Assembly (NCBI GenBank): GCA_026705765.1
Contig: JAPPAB010000099.1
Coordinates: forward strand, 14,833 to 78,832
Source: Gemmatimonadota bacterium
GTDB taxonomy: Bacteria > Latescibacterota > UBA2968
Direction: 5' to 3'
DNA: 64,000 nt
The notes beneath the pieces are model-generated. The model worked only from the letters and a program-made list of their open reading frames with translations, did no database searches and had not been told where the DNA came from. Made by a program: the position numbers and the translations under genes. Numbering within the stretch: position 1 is the stretch's first letter; each line of letters starts with the position of its first letter. Shown one piece after another: positions 1 through 9,918 of this stretch.

Positions 1-327
1 CAGTGACATAACAGTGATAGCATCGCAATATAATTCATTTTTTTTTGAAATCAAGTTAAACTCATAGAGGTGATGAATGTTTTTTACGCTATGAGTCATC
101 TTTGGGATCGTGATGAACCGGTGAATAGGATAAGAAATACGATGACTTGATATGTAAAAATATCAAAAATACCTTCCATACCGCTGAAAATTTGTGTAAC
201 ATCGAGAAGCAGTATAAACTACATTGGATTATGAAATTAATATTGATACACGCCGAGCGAGGCGGCCCGATTTTTCTATTGCAAAATAAATTGGGTGTGC
301 TCAGGCGCAACTTTTGATTAATGGCTA

Positions 328-2121
328 TTGAAAACGTTTATGTTCTCTTTCTCTCCCAACGATTTTCTCGCCTGTAATGGCACGCGCATTGGTGCTGAGC
401 ATCTGCATGGGCGCATGCAAGTCCTGCGCGATGAGATCGAACCCGTCCTGACGAAACAGCATCCAGACCTCACGGCTGTTATTTCTCCTGTTTACGCGAC
501 GACGAATTTTCGCTCCAATCCCAATCGGCCGCGGGATCACGCGTGTCTCTATTTTGTCGATCGCAAGCTGAAGAAGAGCGCGTTTCCCCGGTTGCCCCAA
601 CTGGGTATTTATTTGCATCACAATGCCCTCGCTATTGGCTTTTACTCTGGGTGGTGGACATTTGAGGCGATGCAAAAGGCGATTGCGGATCGCAAGAAGT
701 TTCGCGGTCTGGTGCCGCGCAAGGGGTATCGCTGTTTGGCAGGTGATATTATTGTGGCGTCACCGGGTCGTTCGGTGCCGTGGTCGCCATCCAGACTTGA
801 CGGGGTTGATCGCTCGCTGTTTGTCGGGTCGATTCTCACGCCGGATGAAGCTGCGGTGCCGACGCTTGTCGATGATATTGAGATGGTGCTGGAGGATCTC
901 TACGCGCTGTATGCGGTGTTTACAAGGGTGAGATACCAGACTTCTAAAAGCAGTGTCGTGTATCATGTGCCCGATCCCGCAGAAGTCGGTGTTGTGCGGG
1001 ATGCGCTTGTGCCTGTGGAGGCCGAGTTGTTGTGCGATCTTTACCGGTTTACGGTGCTGAAGAATTTCCAGGTTGAGGCGGGGATGTTGTTCAATCTCTA
1101 TTTGTGTTTGAAGACCAAACCTTTTCTCATTCTGGCGGGGATATCCGGGACGGGGAAGAGTACTGTGATTCGGCTTTTGGCCGAGGCGGTCAATGGTCTG
1201 GATGAGGGGCGGGCGAGAGGGTATCGCCTTATTCCCGTGCGTCCGGATTGGAACGATGTGCGCGATTTGCTCGGGTTTGAAAATTTGCTTACGGGGGTGT
1301 TTCGTCCAGGGGCGTTGCTTCAGGCGATGTGCGAGGCACAGGACGATCCGAATCGTCCATATTTTGTGTGTTTGGACGAGATGAATCTCGCCCGGGTGGA
1401 GCACTATTTTGCCGATTTTTTGAGTGTTATGGAGACGGCGAGGCGCTCGCCCGATGGGGCGTGGACGACAGATCCGATTGAATTGGCGCAGGGTGGGGAT
1501 GTGGTGTCAACGGATGAGATGGGAGATGTGCCTTCGCGTTTGCCCATTCCGCCCAATTTGTTTGTTGCAGGTACGGTTAATATGGATGAGACGACGTATG
1601 CGTTTAGTCCCAAGGTGCTGGACAGGGCAAATACGGTTGCTTTTGATCGCGTTGATCTGGGGTTGTCGGATTATGATCCCGAGGTGCAGATTGATTCGAC
1701 GGCTCTGCGCGCCCTCGGTTCAGCACTTATTGACCGTCCCTATCGGCAGTTGGAAGATGTTCGCCACCGCGATGAGGTTGTTGCGTGGAATGAGCCGTTG
1801 GAGGAGATTAACGCGGTGCTCGCGAAGGAGGATTTGCATTTTGGCTATCGCATTCGCGATGAGGTTCTCATCTATATGGCGTATGCGCTGGATTTGATTG
1901 AGGGGCTGCCTTCAAATGCGCCGGCGTTTACGCCCCGAGATGCTTTTGATTATCAGATTTTACAAAAAATTCTCCCACGCCTGTCCGGCGCAGGAGATGA
2001 ACTTGCCGGTCTGCTGGACGCGCTGATCGCTTTTTGCGATGCCACCTATCCCCGCTCAACACACAAACTCCAGCGCGTGAAACGCCGTCTTGAACTCACG
2101 GGGTTTGTCAGTTTTTGGTAG
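328..2121 (+). CDS. McrB-family AAA+ ATPase/GTPase domain protein with an uncharacterised ~250-aa N-terminal domain; no McrC-like partner adjacent
   Basis: Walker A LILAGISGTGKST. Walker B in VCLDEMNLARVEHYF, resembling McrB DEINRA. Downstream NxxD-like VNMDETT/DRANT. TTG start at 328 or ATG at 340. Upstream sequence is AT-rich and non-coding. Confidence 0.6.
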   Translation: MKTFMFSFSPNDFLACNGTRIGAEHLHGRMQVLRDEIEPVLTKQHPDLTAVISPVYATTNFRSNPNRPRDHACLYFVDRKLKKSAFPRLPQLGIYLHHNALAIGFYSGWWTFEAMQKAIADRKKFRGLVPRKGYRCLAGDIIVASPGRSVPWSPSRLDGVDRSLFVGSILTPDEAAVPTLVDDIEMVLEDLYALYAVFTRVRYQTSKSSVVYHVPDPAEVGVVRDALVPVEAELLCDLYRFTVLKNFQVEAGMLFNLYLCLKTKPFLILAGISGTGKSTVIRLLAEAVNGLDEGRARGYRLIPVRPDWNDVRDLLGFENLLTGVFRPGALLQAMCEAQDDPNRPYFVCLDEMNLARVEHYFADFLSVMETARRSPDGAWTTDPIELAQGGDVVSTDEMGDVPSRLPIPPNLFVAGTVNMDETTYAFSPKVLDRANTVAFDRVDLGLSDYDPEVQIDSTALRALGSALIDRPYRQLEDVRHRDEVVAWNEPLEEINAVLAKEDLHFGYRIRDEVLIYMAYALDLIEGLPSNAPAFTPRDAFDYQILQKILPRLSGAGDELAGLLDALIAFCDATYPRSTHKLQRVKRRLELTGFVSFW

Positions 2122-2124
2122 GTT

Positions 2125-2445
2125 CTATTGTATGACAGACCTCGGTGTTGCATTGAGGCGCGTTACGACGATGCGCTCTCGGTCGATCAATGTACCTACC
2201 TGGTCGCTCAATGTGTCGGTCCAATACGGGTCTTCATAGACGGCTTTGTAGAGTTGCTCTCTTTGTTCTTCGCTCTCAAATCGGCGAATCCACACGTAGA
2301 GGTCTTCTTCTTCTTCGCCGACAAAGCTGCCTATGACGACCATGCCTTTTGATATTTGAAATGGGATGATTTCACTTTCCATAAATGCAACCCATTCTTC
2401 GCGTTTTCCCGGTTGGGTGCGATATTGACGTAGTTCAAAGAACAT
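2125..2445 (-). CDS. NIPSNAP family protein
   Basis: 106 aa with the ELRQYRTQPGKREEWVAFMES dimeric alpha/beta-barrel signature typical of NIPSNAP. Confidence 0.55.
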   Translation of the reverse strand: MFFELRQYRTQPGKREEWVAFMESEIIPFQISKGMVVIGSFVGEEEEDLYVWIRRFESEEQREQLYKAVYEDPYWTDTLSDQVGTLIDRERIVVTRLNATPRSVIQ

Positions 2446-2489
2446 GTTTTTCTCCTTTGTGAGTGTTGTGAGGGGAATAATGAGACGAT

Positions 2490-2822
2490 TTATTCCAAAG
2501 TAAAAAAAGATGTGGTTTCGCTTTGCTCAAATCTCAAAATTGCATCGTGATGTGTGCGAAGAAGAGATAAAATTGTGTTCGTTGAACAATTGCCTAAGCG
2601 AAGCCAAATGACTTTGGGCGGATGACCATATAGAAAGCTTTTTTGGTGAAAGTCCGAGTCTTTGGAAACAATGACATAGCCGTTTTGGGCTGCATAATCC
2701 CAAATATCCGAGTCATCCGCTTCTTCCATGCCTATATCTCGGATGTGTGAAGAATTCGGATACAGGTCCTTCAAGTCTGTAACCAATCTGTAAGAGAGGT
2801 TTTGATCGAAGAGAAATCTCAT
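2490..2822 (-). CDS. DUF5615 family PIN-like protein, putative toxin of a DUF433/DUF5615 pair
   Basis: 110 aa with RFLFDQNLSYRLV...VSKDSDF. Overlaps the upstream DUF433 gene by 4 nt (ATGA). Confidence 0.55.
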   Translation of the reverse strand: MRFLFDQNLSYRLVTDLKDLYPNSSHIRDIGMEEADDSDIWDYAAQNGYVIVSKDSDFHQKSFLYGHPPKVIWLRLGNCSTNTILSLLRTHHDAILRFEQSETTSFFTLE

Positions 2823-3046
2823 GTCGAAGAAACAGACATAAGTCTGCGCTCTCGGTCTGCAGCAAATGCCAGGCAGGCGCGGATGTCTTCTCGTGTAAGT
2901 TCGGGAAAATCGCTCAATATTTCTTCAACAGACATGTCTGAGGCAAGATAGTCAAGTACGTCATAAACGGTGATCCGCATGCCGCGAATACACGGTTTTC
3001 CACTGCGTTTGCCCGGTTCAATGGTGATGATGTCTTGATAGTCCAT
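2819..3046 (-). CDS. DUF433 family protein, putative antitoxin
   Basis: 75 aa with IEPGKRSGKPCIRGMRITVYDVLDYL, characteristic of DUF433. Translationally coupled to the DUF5615 gene. Confidence 0.6.
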   Translation of the reverse strand: MDYQDIITIEPGKRSGKPCIRGMRITVYDVLDYLASDMSVEEILSDFPELTREDIRACLAFAADRERRLMSVSST

Positions 3047-3069
3047 TGTCTTCCTTTTTTTGAGACGAT

Positions 3070-4254
3070 TTAAATCTGTTCATACCACCGCACATTGCCC
3101 GTTGACATGCCGCTTGCGGCGATGTCCAATTTGCCGTTGCCGCTGAGATCTGCGATTGCCATTTGCCCCATGCCAATGCGGTTGTCAATTTGTTCAATGT
3201 GCCAGGTGTCTGTTTCTAAATTTTCTGGGCGATAGATGTTGAGGGCTGTGCCGGGTCCGTTGTATCCGGCGATGACTTCCAGTGCGTTGTCGCTGTCTAT
3301 GTCGCCACACCAGAGCGAATGTCCGCGGTTGAGTTTGTCGCTGATCAGATGCCGTTCCCAGGCGTCTGCTCGGATGTCGCCGGTGGCTTTGTACCAGACG
3401 AGTTCATTGCCGTGCCAGGGTTCGATAGAGAGTATTTCATTGATGCCATCGCCATCCATATCTACGGCAAAGGTTTCACTGCTTTCGCGGGGGCTTATGG
3501 TCCATCGGTTCCATTTTTCCTCGAATCCATCCCCTTTGGGCGGTTCAAACCAGATCAGGCCGTCACGCGTGCCGAGCAGTAAGTCCAGGCGGCCATCGCC
3601 ATCTACGTCGCATACGCTCAGGCCGTGGTTGAGTCTCAATTGCCCGTCGATTAACCGCTTTTCCCACGGTTCATTTACCGGGTCTTGTGGTATGCGGTAA
3701 CACCACAGTTCCCCCGGCGCATCAAAGTCGTTGATCTGGCTTCCCGGTCCTTGCAGTGTTGCGACAAATAGCAGGGGTTGATTGTTGACATCTACCATTG
3801 CAATGCGGTGTGAATAGGGTACCCAGTCGATGAAGTGCTGTGTCCAGATGTCGCTTTCTTCAGATGCTTGAAACCAGTGCAGATATTCCGGCGGTATCCG
3901 CTGTCTTCGTCCAAATCCGCTGCTCGCAATGACGTCTTTGCGACCGTTGCTCGTGATGTCGAATACCGATAGTGAGATGGTGCCGGGGTGCGCTTCTGAT
4001 ATGATTTGTTTTTCAAAATGGGGTCCTTCGTACAGGGCGATCATCGAGGTTCCCATAGAACCGGCTACGATGTCCAGGTATCCGTTGTTTGTGACATCGG
4101 CGACTGTCATGCCATAGGCGCTGCGGATGTTGTCGTCTATTTCGTGAATTATGAACATTTGTTTTCCTATTTTGACGGTTCTCCTTATCGGTCGTGGTTC
4201 AATATACCGCGTGTTCAGGGTAAAATCAAATGTAGATCGCCGAATTCGTGCCAC
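3070..4254 (-). CDS. FG-GAP repeat protein (VCBS/ASPIC-like)
   Basis: Repeated DxDGDGxxD calcium-binding FG-GAP motifs (DVDGDGRLDLL, VDMDGDGINEI, GDIDSDNALEV, ADLSGNGKLDI). The 5' end overlaps queA by 40 nt, so the true start is probably internal. Confidence 0.6.
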   Translation of the reverse strand: MARIRRSTFDFTLNTRYIEPRPIRRTVKIGKQMFIIHEIDDNIRSAYGMTVADVTNNGYLDIVAGSMGTSMIALYEGPHFEKQIISEAHPGTISLSVFDITSNGRKDVIASSGFGRRQRIPPEYLHWFQASEESDIWTQHFIDWVPYSHRIAMVDVNNQPLLFVATLQGPGSQINDFDAPGELWCYRIPQDPVNEPWEKRLIDGQLRLNHGLSVCDVDGDGRLDLLLGTRDGLIWFEPPKGDGFEEKWNRWTISPRESSETFAVDMDGDGINEILSIEPWHGNELVWYKATGDIRADAWERHLISDKLNRGHSLWCGDIDSDNALEVIAGYNGPGTALNIYRPENLETDTWHIEQIDNRIGMGQMAIADLSGNGKLDIAASGMSTGNVRWYEQI

Positions 4255-5324
4255 AAATAATTTTTGTTGAGTGCGGCTTCATAGGTCAGTTTGAGGTGAT
4301 CTAATCCCGCCAATGCCTGGAGCATGGATAGATGTGTGGCACTCGGTTCGTGCATTCCGGTGAGTAAGCTATCTACGGTCTGCATGGTGTGACCGGGTGA
4401 GATTATCAGGGATGTCCATCCTTCGCCCTGAGAGACTTGTCCGGTTTTGTCGGCGACGGTTTCGAGTGCGCGCACGACTGTTGTGCCAACGGCGATGATT
4501 CGTCCGCCGTTTTTTCGCGCGTTGTTGATTGTCCGCGCTGTTTCGGCTGGTACGCGGTAGTATTCCTCATAAGGCGGTTCATCGGCTTCCAGGCTCGCCA
4601 CGCCGGTGTGCAAGATCAGGGGGGCAATTTGTATGCCTTTTGCGACTAATTTTGTGATGATTTTGGGTGTGAATGCTCTGCCTGCTGATGGCATTTCAGC
4701 GCTGCCTACTTCTGTTGCATATACGGTTTGATAATAGTCGATAGGCCAGTCGTTTTGCACATAGCCATACCGGATGGGCATGCCGTATATGTCCAGGTAG
4801 GTGTCCAGGTCATAGGGCAGGTTCAGGGTTGCTACCCACAGGCGAACAGAAGCGTCGGGGTTGTGCCGCAGTTCGGGGCGATAGGGGGCGTGTAGTTGTG
4901 CTGATCCACTACCGGGTAATGTGAAGATTTCGCCTGCCTGTGCGTGGTAAAACGGTTGCGTTGCGATACCGTTGGGTTGACGTATTTCAACTGCCCACAT
5001 GTCGGCGGGCAGTTGCGTTGATAGATGCAGTCTGAGTTCTGTTCCATCGGGCCTAATGATGGGCAGAGATGCTTTGCGCGTGCCACTGGTGTTGATGACG
5101 ACGACGTCGCCCGCATGTAATACGTCGGGCAGGTCGCGAAATGCGATGTGTTCTATCGCATCATTTTTTTGCCAGGAGACCATCAACCGAACCTGGTCCC
5201 GGCTGAGTCCGCGCGCTTCGGGCGGTTCGCCCGCTTCCAGGTTGGATGGCAGGTCGAATATTAGAGAGTCCAGTTTTGAGTCCATCATTGTGATGGGGAG
5301 TACTGTGTTGGGTATTATGGACAT
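4215..5324 (-). CDS. queA: S-adenosylmethionine:tRNA ribosyltransferase-isomerase
   Basis: Matches E. coli QueA along its length: YQTVYA, ILHTGVASL (TLHVGAGTF), IIAVGTTVVRALE (VIAVGTTSVRSLE), LTGMHEPSATHLSMLQALAG, YEAALNKNYLWHEFGD. Confidence 0.8.
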   Translation of the reverse strand: MSIIPNTVLPITMMDSKLDSLIFDLPSNLEAGEPPEARGLSRDQVRLMVSWQKNDAIEHIAFRDLPDVLHAGDVVVINTSGTRKASLPIIRPDGTELRLHLSTQLPADMWAVEIRQPNGIATQPFYHAQAGEIFTLPGSGSAQLHAPYRPELRHNPDASVRLWVATLNLPYDLDTYLDIYGMPIRYGYVQNDWPIDYYQTVYATEVGSAEMPSAGRAFTPKIITKLVAKGIQIAPLILHTGVASLEADEPPYEEYYRVPAETARTINNARKNGGRIIAVGTTVVRALETVADKTGQVSQGEGWTSLIISPGHTMQTVDSLLTGMHEPSATHLSMLQALAGLDHLKLTYEAALNKNYLWHEFGDLHLILP

Positions 5325-5338
5325 GAGATGTCTCCTTT

Positions 5339-6040
5339 CTATTTTGCGAGGGTGGTGAGTAGTTCGCGTGCGGCATAGCGTCCACTGGGATAATTGCCGT
5401 TCAGGAGTTCGATGAATCCCGGTACACTCGTTTCCGGCAAGGGGCGGTCACTGATGTCTTCAAAGGGGAATGCTTCTCGGTGCATTTGCGTTCGCATGTC
5501 GCCGGGATCTACCCAGTAGATGCGCCAGTCGGGGCGTTCTGCTGCGAGTACGTTTGAGAGTTGTTCAAGCGCGGCTTTCGAAGAGCCGTATCCGCCCCAG
5601 CCGGGGTACGGCTCGCGAGCAGCGTCGCTGGTGATGTTGATTACGCGGGCGCCTGATTTTAAGGTGTGTTGGAGTGCCTGGAGCACACCCAGGGGCGCGA
5701 TTGTGTTGGCGCGATAGACGTCTGCCAATATATCGAGGGGGTAGTCGAGCAGTTCGGGCTGGGGACTCGGTCCCAATATGCCCGCGTTGTTGATTACGGC
5801 GTCGAGGTCCCCTATTTCTTTTGCTGCGTGCGCCAGTGCTTTCCGGTGTTGGGGGTCTGTTACGTCTCCGGCGATGGCGGTGACTTCGGTCCATTTGGCC
5901 AGTTCTTTGCGCGCGTGTTCGAGTGCGTCTGCGCCTCTTGCGTTGATGATCAGTCGCCAGTTTTGCTGTGCGAGTTCGCGCGCGAGAGCGAGACCCAGTC
6001 CGCGAGATGCGCCGGTGATGAGAGCTGTTTGTGTGGACAT
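5339..6040 (-). CDS. SDR family NAD(P)-dependent oxidoreductase
   Basis: N-terminal TGASRGLGLALAREL Rossmann motif; 233 aa. Confidence 0.75.
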   Translation of the reverse strand: MSTQTALITGASRGLGLALARELAQQNWRLIINARGADALEHARKELAKWTEVTAIAGDVTDPQHRKALAHAAKEIGDLDAVINNAGILGPSPQPELLDYPLDILADVYRANTIAPLGVLQALQHTLKSGARVINITSDAAREPYPGWGGYGSSKAALEQLSNVLAAERPDWRIYWVDPGDMRTQMHREAFPFEDISDRPLPETSVPGFIELLNGNYPSGRYAARELLTTLAK

Positions 6041-6168
6041 GTTGAATCCTCCTGTAAGGATGAGAAACTATCTGTTTGTTGTGGTCAAAATGTAGCATAA
6101 AAAAAAGCCCTCTGCATCGCACAGAGGGCGTGTTTGATACCCGTTCTTTAGGACAGGAGAGTGCCTGT

Positions 6169-7230
6169 CTATCTGAGCAGCGCACCACAATCCCAATCCT
6201 TATACGCTTTCATCGCATTCCGAACCGAGAATGCACGCTTCCATAAGATCGGGCAGAAGACGCACGATAGCACAGATAGACGATAATCGTATTCGAATTG
6301 GTCTCGGCTGTAATTTTCGATGCCACCAGCTATGAGCTTTCTATAATAGAAATTCATAAGGGGCGTTTCGAGTGCTTCTCGTTCGGATGTTCCGTGGATC
6401 AGCATGTAGGCGAGGTCGTAAGCACCAAGTCCTCGCTTGTAGGTTTCCCAATCGAAGAGAATGATCTGGTCCTTTGATGGATCCTTCGGGTAAAACAGGT
6501 TCCACAGATGCGCGTCGCCGTGTAGCATTGTGATATTTTTCCCGTTTGCGACACGCGCCAGGAATATATCGGGATATCCGTGAATCACGCGTTCCATTAT
6601 CTCGATGTGAGCGGAATCGAGGTCGTCGCCCAGTTCTCGTGCCAGTGGCTTCAGGGCTTCTTCAAAGCTGGCGCAGCTATCGCGTATGTCTTTTTCGGAT
6701 ATTGCCTGGGCCATGCGGAGTGGACCACCGGCCTGCATCATGAACGGCCACTCGTCCAGACGTGGATCATTCCACCATTGAATGTGATATTTGAGCAGTT
6801 CTTCAATTACGGCTTTGTGAAGTTGTTCGGTGGCCTCCTTTGGCCCATCTTTATGTGTCACCGACAGGTCTGGCATGAGATAGTGACAGTTTTTCTCATT
6901 GTGATCGAATCCACAGTCGAAAACGGGACAGACAGATGCGTCCGGCGTTTTGGGCGCGAGGTCATCGTAAAATGTCCATTCGACGACTCCGCCTCCGAAC
7001 CATCCCTTTCGATAGACCTTTAACACAATCGCATTTGGAATATCACCCACGTAGTCGTCGCTGAATGTCAGCGAGAGCCTGTCCCATTCCGCGCACGATG
7101 ATCCGAACGAGTCCGTTTTTTCTACGGATGTGACCGAACCCGATTTCAGGAATCCGTTACGACTAAATCGATCCGTTAGGAGCGCAGGCGTCAGTTGTTC
7201 GGCATGGGTGATGGGTTCCGATAATTTCAT
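6169..7230 (-). CDS. Aminoglycoside phosphotransferase (APH)-family kinase-like protein
   Basis: HGDAHLWNLFY Brenner motif and DWETYKRGLGAYDLAY. Confidence 0.6.
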   Translation of the reverse strand: MKLSEPITHAEQLTPALLTDRFSRNGFLKSGSVTSVEKTDSFGSSCAEWDRLSLTFSDDYVGDIPNAIVLKVYRKGWFGGGVVEWTFYDDLAPKTPDASVCPVFDCGFDHNEKNCHYLMPDLSVTHKDGPKEATEQLHKAVIEELLKYHIQWWNDPRLDEWPFMMQAGGPLRMAQAISEKDIRDSCASFEEALKPLARELGDDLDSAHIEIMERVIHGYPDIFLARVANGKNITMLHGDAHLWNLFYPKDPSKDQIILFDWETYKRGLGAYDLAYMLIHGTSEREALETPLMNFYYRKLIAGGIENYSRDQFEYDYRLSVLSCVFCPILWKRAFSVRNAMKAYKDWDCGALLR

Positions 7231-7392
7231 TAGCTCTTTTCTTGGGAATAAGGACGTATTGAAGGAAGAGAGATTATTTTGTATTCATTAAGGGATCATG
7301 CTATAATGCGTTCCTGAAGGCTGGGACAAAATCGTTGTTATAAAAAATAAAGCCAGAGTTTTGCGTGGCGTCAAGGATGAAAGGAGAAAATT

Positions 7393-9024
7393 ATGTCGGG
7401 TATAGATGTGGGTCAAATTGGATGGAAGGCTGAGAGTAAGACGGGTGTTGTGGCTGCAGGTGGTGCAGGTGCTGTGGCTGCGGGGATTGAGATTCTGGAT
7501 AGGGGTGGCAATGCGGCCGATGCAGCCGCTGCGACTATTTTTGCGCTGAATGTTACGGATCACGGTGCGTGTTCGATTGGCGGGGAGGTTCCGCTTCTTA
7601 TTTTTGATGCTGGGACTTCGGAGGTGAAGGCTTTGAGCGGACAGGGGCGGGCACCGCGTTCTCAGGAGGCGATTGACTGGTATATGGAGCATGGTATTCC
7701 GGGGGATGGCGATATGAAGATGGCACCCGTGCCTTCGGTTGTGGATTTGTGTATTACGACGCTTAAGCGATACGGTACGATGTCGTTTGAAGAAATTATC
7801 GCTCCTGTGCTCGCTTTGCTCGATGCGGGGGAGGATGACTGGCATCCCAATCTTGCGAGGACGTTGCGAAAACTCGTTGAGGAGGAGCATCTTACGTCGG
7901 GGAGTCGGGAGGAGAAGTTGCAAGCTGCCGCGGATCGCTTTTACGGGCGGAATAAGTATCGCAATGATATTGCGGAGGAGCTTGAGGCTTTTTATGTCGC
8001 AAAGGGGGGGTTTTTGCGTCGGGAAGATCTGGCGACGCATGTTACGACGATTGAAGATCCGGTTACGGTTTCTTATCGGGGATATACGGTTTGCAAGTGC
8101 GGGCCGTGGACGCAGGGTCCGTATTTGTGTCAGGCACTGCGCTTGCTCGAGAAGTTCGATGTCAAGGCTATGGGCCATCTTTCGGCTGATTATGTTCACG
8201 TTGTTACCGAGGCGATCAAGCTGGCGATGGCGGATCGCGATGCGTATTATGCCGATCCCGATTTTTCAGGTGTGCCTCTGGGGGGATTGCTCTCTGATGC
8301 TTACACGGATTTGCGCGTGCCGCTTATCGATATGCAAGCGGCTTCTCTGGAGGCGCGTCCGGGGGATCCTTATCTGATGCAGCCAGTTGTGGATGGTGGT
8401 GTGTTCCGTCCGGGTACGGGGGGGACGACGACTTGTGTGGTGGCGGACTGCTGGGGCAATGTTGTCGCGGCGACACCGAGTGCCAATGTTCACCGGCCTA
8501 CGATTGATGGGGGGAGTACGGGGGTTACTTATGGGAATCGCCTGCGGAGTCTCAATACGACGGCGGGTCATCCGAATTGTATCCAGCCGGGGAAGCGTCC
8601 GCGCATTACGCTGACGCCTACGCTGGTGTTGAAAGATGGGCGACCGATTCTGGGTATTAGTGTTGCGGGTGGCGATTTGCAGGATCAGACGACGTTGAAT
8701 TTGTTGCTGGATTTTGTGGAGTTTGGGATTATGCCGGAGGAGGCTGTTACTGCGCCCCGTTTTGCGACGGCGCATCACAACGATTCTTTTGATCCCAATC
8801 CCATCCGCGAGCAGACGTTCAAACAGGCCGGGTCGCTGACGCTGAATGATGCGATAGATCGGGATGTGCAGGATGATCTCGCCAGACGAGGACATCAGGT
8901 CGAGGCGAAAGCATCTAATATTGCGACGCCTGTTATGGTTTATGTGGATCGAGAAGAGGGCAGGTATTACGCGGCAGGCGATCCCAAAGCGGGGCGTCAC
9001 GCCGCGGGGGTGGAAGATGGGTGA
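7393..9024 (+). CDS. ggt: Gamma-glutamyltransferase
   Basis: GGT fold; putative Thr nucleophile in GGTTTCVVAD; 543 aa. Confidence 0.75.
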   Translation: MSGIDVGQIGWKAESKTGVVAAGGAGAVAAGIEILDRGGNAADAAAATIFALNVTDHGACSIGGEVPLLIFDAGTSEVKALSGQGRAPRSQEAIDWYMEHGIPGDGDMKMAPVPSVVDLCITTLKRYGTMSFEEIIAPVLALLDAGEDDWHPNLARTLRKLVEEEHLTSGSREEKLQAAADRFYGRNKYRNDIAEELEAFYVAKGGFLRREDLATHVTTIEDPVTVSYRGYTVCKCGPWTQGPYLCQALRLLEKFDVKAMGHLSADYVHVVTEAIKLAMADRDAYYADPDFSGVPLGGLLSDAYTDLRVPLIDMQAASLEARPGDPYLMQPVVDGGVFRPGTGGTTTCVVADCWGNVVAATPSANVHRPTIDGGSTGVTYGNRLRSLNTTAGHPNCIQPGKRPRITLTPTLVLKDGRPILGISVAGGDLQDQTTLNLLLDFVEFGIMPEEAVTAPRFATAHHNDSFDPNPIREQTFKQAGSLTLNDAIDRDVQDDLARRGHQVEAKASNIATPVMVYVDREEGRYYAAGDPKAGRHAAGVEDG

Positions 9025-9142
9025 TTGTTTTTTCAGGCGCAGAAGAGCGACGATAAGATGAAAAAATCAATTTTTCGATTTTATTCGTCAATTAGATGAT
9101 TTATATTTCAGGAGTTGCCAAAATAGTGGTAAATGGGTAGTT

Positions 9143-9829
9143 TTGGTGCGTTCAACTTTCTATTTTTTTATTGCGGGAAGAATTATAATGTTTCCCATCA
9201 ATACCATAGATGATTTGTTCCAAACTCTGGACGAAAATCCCAGGATACTGGAAGCTGTGCGTGCTCGCTTGCTCACGTCCGAACTCCTCGAATTGCCTCA
9301 GGTGTTTGCCGAGTTTGTCAAAACTACGGATAAACGGTTTGAAGCTATTGAAAAACGTCTGGATGGGCACGATACGCACTTAAGAAGGATAGACAACAGC
9401 CTTGGCGTGCTCAAAGGCGGCCATGCGAGAAGTGCCGCGCTTAGAGACACGGCTTTGATTGCCGATAGTATGGGATTCGATTTGGTGCGAACAATGTCTC
9501 AACGGGAAATCATTTCTTTGGCCCGGTCGCAAAATGCCCGGGGGATTCCCAAAAACGAATTGCAGAGTTTTGTCAGGGCTGACCTGATTATGGAAGTGGT
9601 GAATGGGTCAGAGGAAGTTTGTTATATCGCTGTCGAAATTTCCTTCACTGTGGATGAGCGGGACACGCACAGGGCGATTCGCAATGCCAAATTTTTGACG
9701 CAGTTCACGGGCAAGCCTGCTTATGCGGCAGTGGCTGGCATGGATAGGGATAACAGGATACAGAGCCGTATTGAAGCGGGAGATGTGTTCTGGCATCAAC
9801 TGGATTCCGAAGACTTGGAAGTGGATTGA
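9143..9829 (+). CDS. Hypothetical protein, possibly a PD-(D/E)xK nuclease-like fold (DUF3782-like) with an N-terminal coiled coil
   Basis: ADLIMEV...AVEISFT...RAIRNAKFL spacing resembles a D..E.K restriction-endonuclease-like core. No confident family match. The true start may be the internal MFPIN. Confidence 0.35.
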   Translation: MVRSTFYFFIAGRIIMFPINTIDDLFQTLDENPRILEAVRARLLTSELLELPQVFAEFVKTTDKRFEAIEKRLDGHDTHLRRIDNSLGVLKGGHARSAALRDTALIADSMGFDLVRTMSQREIISLARSQNARGIPKNELQSFVRADLIMEVVNGSEEVCYIAVEISFTVDERDTHRAIRNAKFLTQFTGKPAYAAVAGMDRDNRIQSRIEAGDVFWHQLDSEDLEVD

Positions 9830-9918
9830 TGGAACGCAAAGGGTCTGGTCTTTACGGAATAGATAGATATTGGGCAATTTGCCCGCTGTGGGAATAGCGG
9901 ATAGTGAAAGAATAACAT

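Noticed and set aside
89-310. 73-aa minus-strand ORF in the AT-rich leader at the window start
   Set aside because: Low-complexity translation with no RBS; more likely a promoter/leader region upstream of the McrB-like gene.
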